Under the pieces are notes generated by a model. The model was given only the letters and a program-made list of their open reading frames with translations, had not been told where the DNA came from and made no database searches. A stretch of DNA of 50,759 bases, filler included, from Streblomastix strix (Eukaryota), in NCBI GenBank assembly GCA_008636045.1. It is 3 parts of 3 records of this genome, joined end to end, with 100 filler letters (N's around TTAATTAATTAA, not from the genome) between each part and the next. Parts side by side here need not be neighbours in the genome. Positions count along the whole stretch, not along the records: positions 33,913 to 50,759 come from SNRW01000762.1; 2 more parts are not named here. One strand, given 5' to 3'. The translations under genes and the position numbers were made by a program. The number at the start of each line of letters is the position of its first letter. The stretch's first letter is position 1. Below are positions 49,372-50,759 of this stretch, piece after piece.

Positions 49372-50759
49372 ATGAGATTGGTGCTCTTTTTGTTCTTTGC
49401 ACATTTCGTTAGTGCGGCGACAATATATGTATCTCCTCGAGGATCGGACGTTGCTGGATGCGGTGTAAAGCAGGATAATACGCAGTGCAAGACAGTGGGA
49501 TATTCGCTTTCACGCCTTTCATAGATACCAGGTAGCGATTCTATTGTGTTTGAGCTGATGCAGACATATGATGAAACATATGGATTTGACCGGACAGTTA
49601 GCAACGTGACTATGGGTTATGCATATCCTCGTGTAAGAATAATATCAAGTAGCAGCCCCGATTTCAAATATTGGATAAGAGCATATGATAATAGTGCTAC
49701 TACATTATACCAGATGAATATAACAGTTTTTGTTGATAATAATTGGGCCAACTAACACACTGCCATAGCTCTTGTAAAAGGACATAATGCATTTGTGAAC
49801 TTTAATTACAGTTATATTGATTATGCTGAAGGATTCTTGAGTGAAAGAGCATTGAAACTAAGTGGATCATTACTGTTTTCATAGGAAAATGGTCATATCA
49901 ACTTCTAATATACATATGTAGACAACGCATACTTTAACATTGGGCATGTATTCAGATCATCAATGGGCAGTGATATAACAGTCAGTAACTCTAACTTCAC
50001 TAATCTGTATAATGTAGAAGGAGATGAAGAGAATGACAGTCTGGGTGGAACAGTACTTGGAGGAAAGATACACAGGGGGACATTGATATCATTTGATATA
50101 GTAACAGTTAATGGATCCAGATCACATAAGAGAGATGATACTGATTTAGATGGAGGATCAATTGCAGTTGAGATATATTAAGGAGGAGAACTAAGATTGA
50201 ATATATGCTACTTCTATAATTCAAATGTTGGACCACGTGGAACAGAGCATGATTTCTCATAGGGAGGAGCAATATATATAAAGACACATACATATGGTGC
50301 ACCTTGGGCAACTGATTTCATATTCACTGGAGTAAAATATGAAGGGTGTTCAGCAAGTGAAGGATATGCAATGTATCTGGTAACTGAAAGTATAATTCAG
50401 AGTACTATATTAGAATCACACTTTGGAGTTCATTTCGCAGATTATGAATAATTTATGCCTTTATTGAGGATTGGTGAATTTTTCAGAGGTAATACAGAAG
50501 ATGTAGACGAAAATAGAAGTCTATATCTTGGTGATTATATAACTCCAGGAACACCACCAACTGATTCTACAATATATGTTGGATAGAGTAATATTTCTAA
50601 GATAACATTCCCATGTGGTAATTAATCATCACCTTGTTCACTCTTGAATGTTGGTATTGATCTGCTTGAAACAGGGAGTTATAATAAATTCCAATTAGTT
50701 GGTACTACACAATTGGAATAAAGATCGACAATCACTCCACCAACTCATAATTCAAATGG
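49372..50759 (+). CDS. Secreted/surface protein with pectin-lyase-like beta-helix character (3' partial)
   Basis: Signal peptide MRLVLFLFFAHFVSA, then TIYVSPRGSDVAGCG...QCKTV, GGSIAVEI and GGAIYI motifs, and a second TIYVG...CGNQSSPCSLL cap near 50570. Open to the contig end in code 6. Confidence 0.62.

Larger units (their letters stand above)
42463..50759. repeat. Right arm of 8297-bp inverted repeat
   Basis: Reverse complement of 33913-42209 at every point checked. Confidence 0.97.

Noticed and set aside
1..50759. Genome-wide reassignment of TGA (no dedicated stop codon)
   Set aside because: Complete genes end in TGA, Trp uses TGG, and no in-frame TGA was seen in the long conserved genes read. 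Only isolated cases occur, in contig 1.

Overview
AT-rich eukaryotic DNA, not prokaryotic. The window is three separate contigs (1-16857, 16958-33812, 33913-50759) joined by artificial N44-TTAATTAATTAA-N44 linkers. Genes only make sense if TAA/TAG = Gln and TGA = stop (translation table 6), and they carry short GT-AG introns, so the supplied ORF track is largely fragmented or spurious. The code, intron style and gene families suggest an oxymonad such as Streblomastix (inference only). Contig 1 holds the left end of a decayed pogo/Tc1-mariner transposon, Lunapark, two tandem PPPDE/DeSI peptidases, and a spliced chimeric gene (AIRAP-type AN1 zinc fingers, kinase N-lobe remnant, ARM-like repeats, UIM). 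Two of these otherwise intact genes have one in-frame TGA upstream of a putative ubiquitin-binding module. Contig 2 holds the 3' end of an xLFG-repeat gene, a PMCA-type Ca2+-ATPase and a hugely expanded, 3'-partial CNOT1/Not1. Contig 3 is one palindrome (two 8297-bp arms around a 253-bp spacer) carrying mirrored importin-4-like and secreted beta-helix-like genes. The spacer contains an AK9-like adenylate kinase gene cut at the fold-back point, which favours an amplification or assembly chimera over a real palindrome. All calls come from manual translation and motif recognition; no searches were run.
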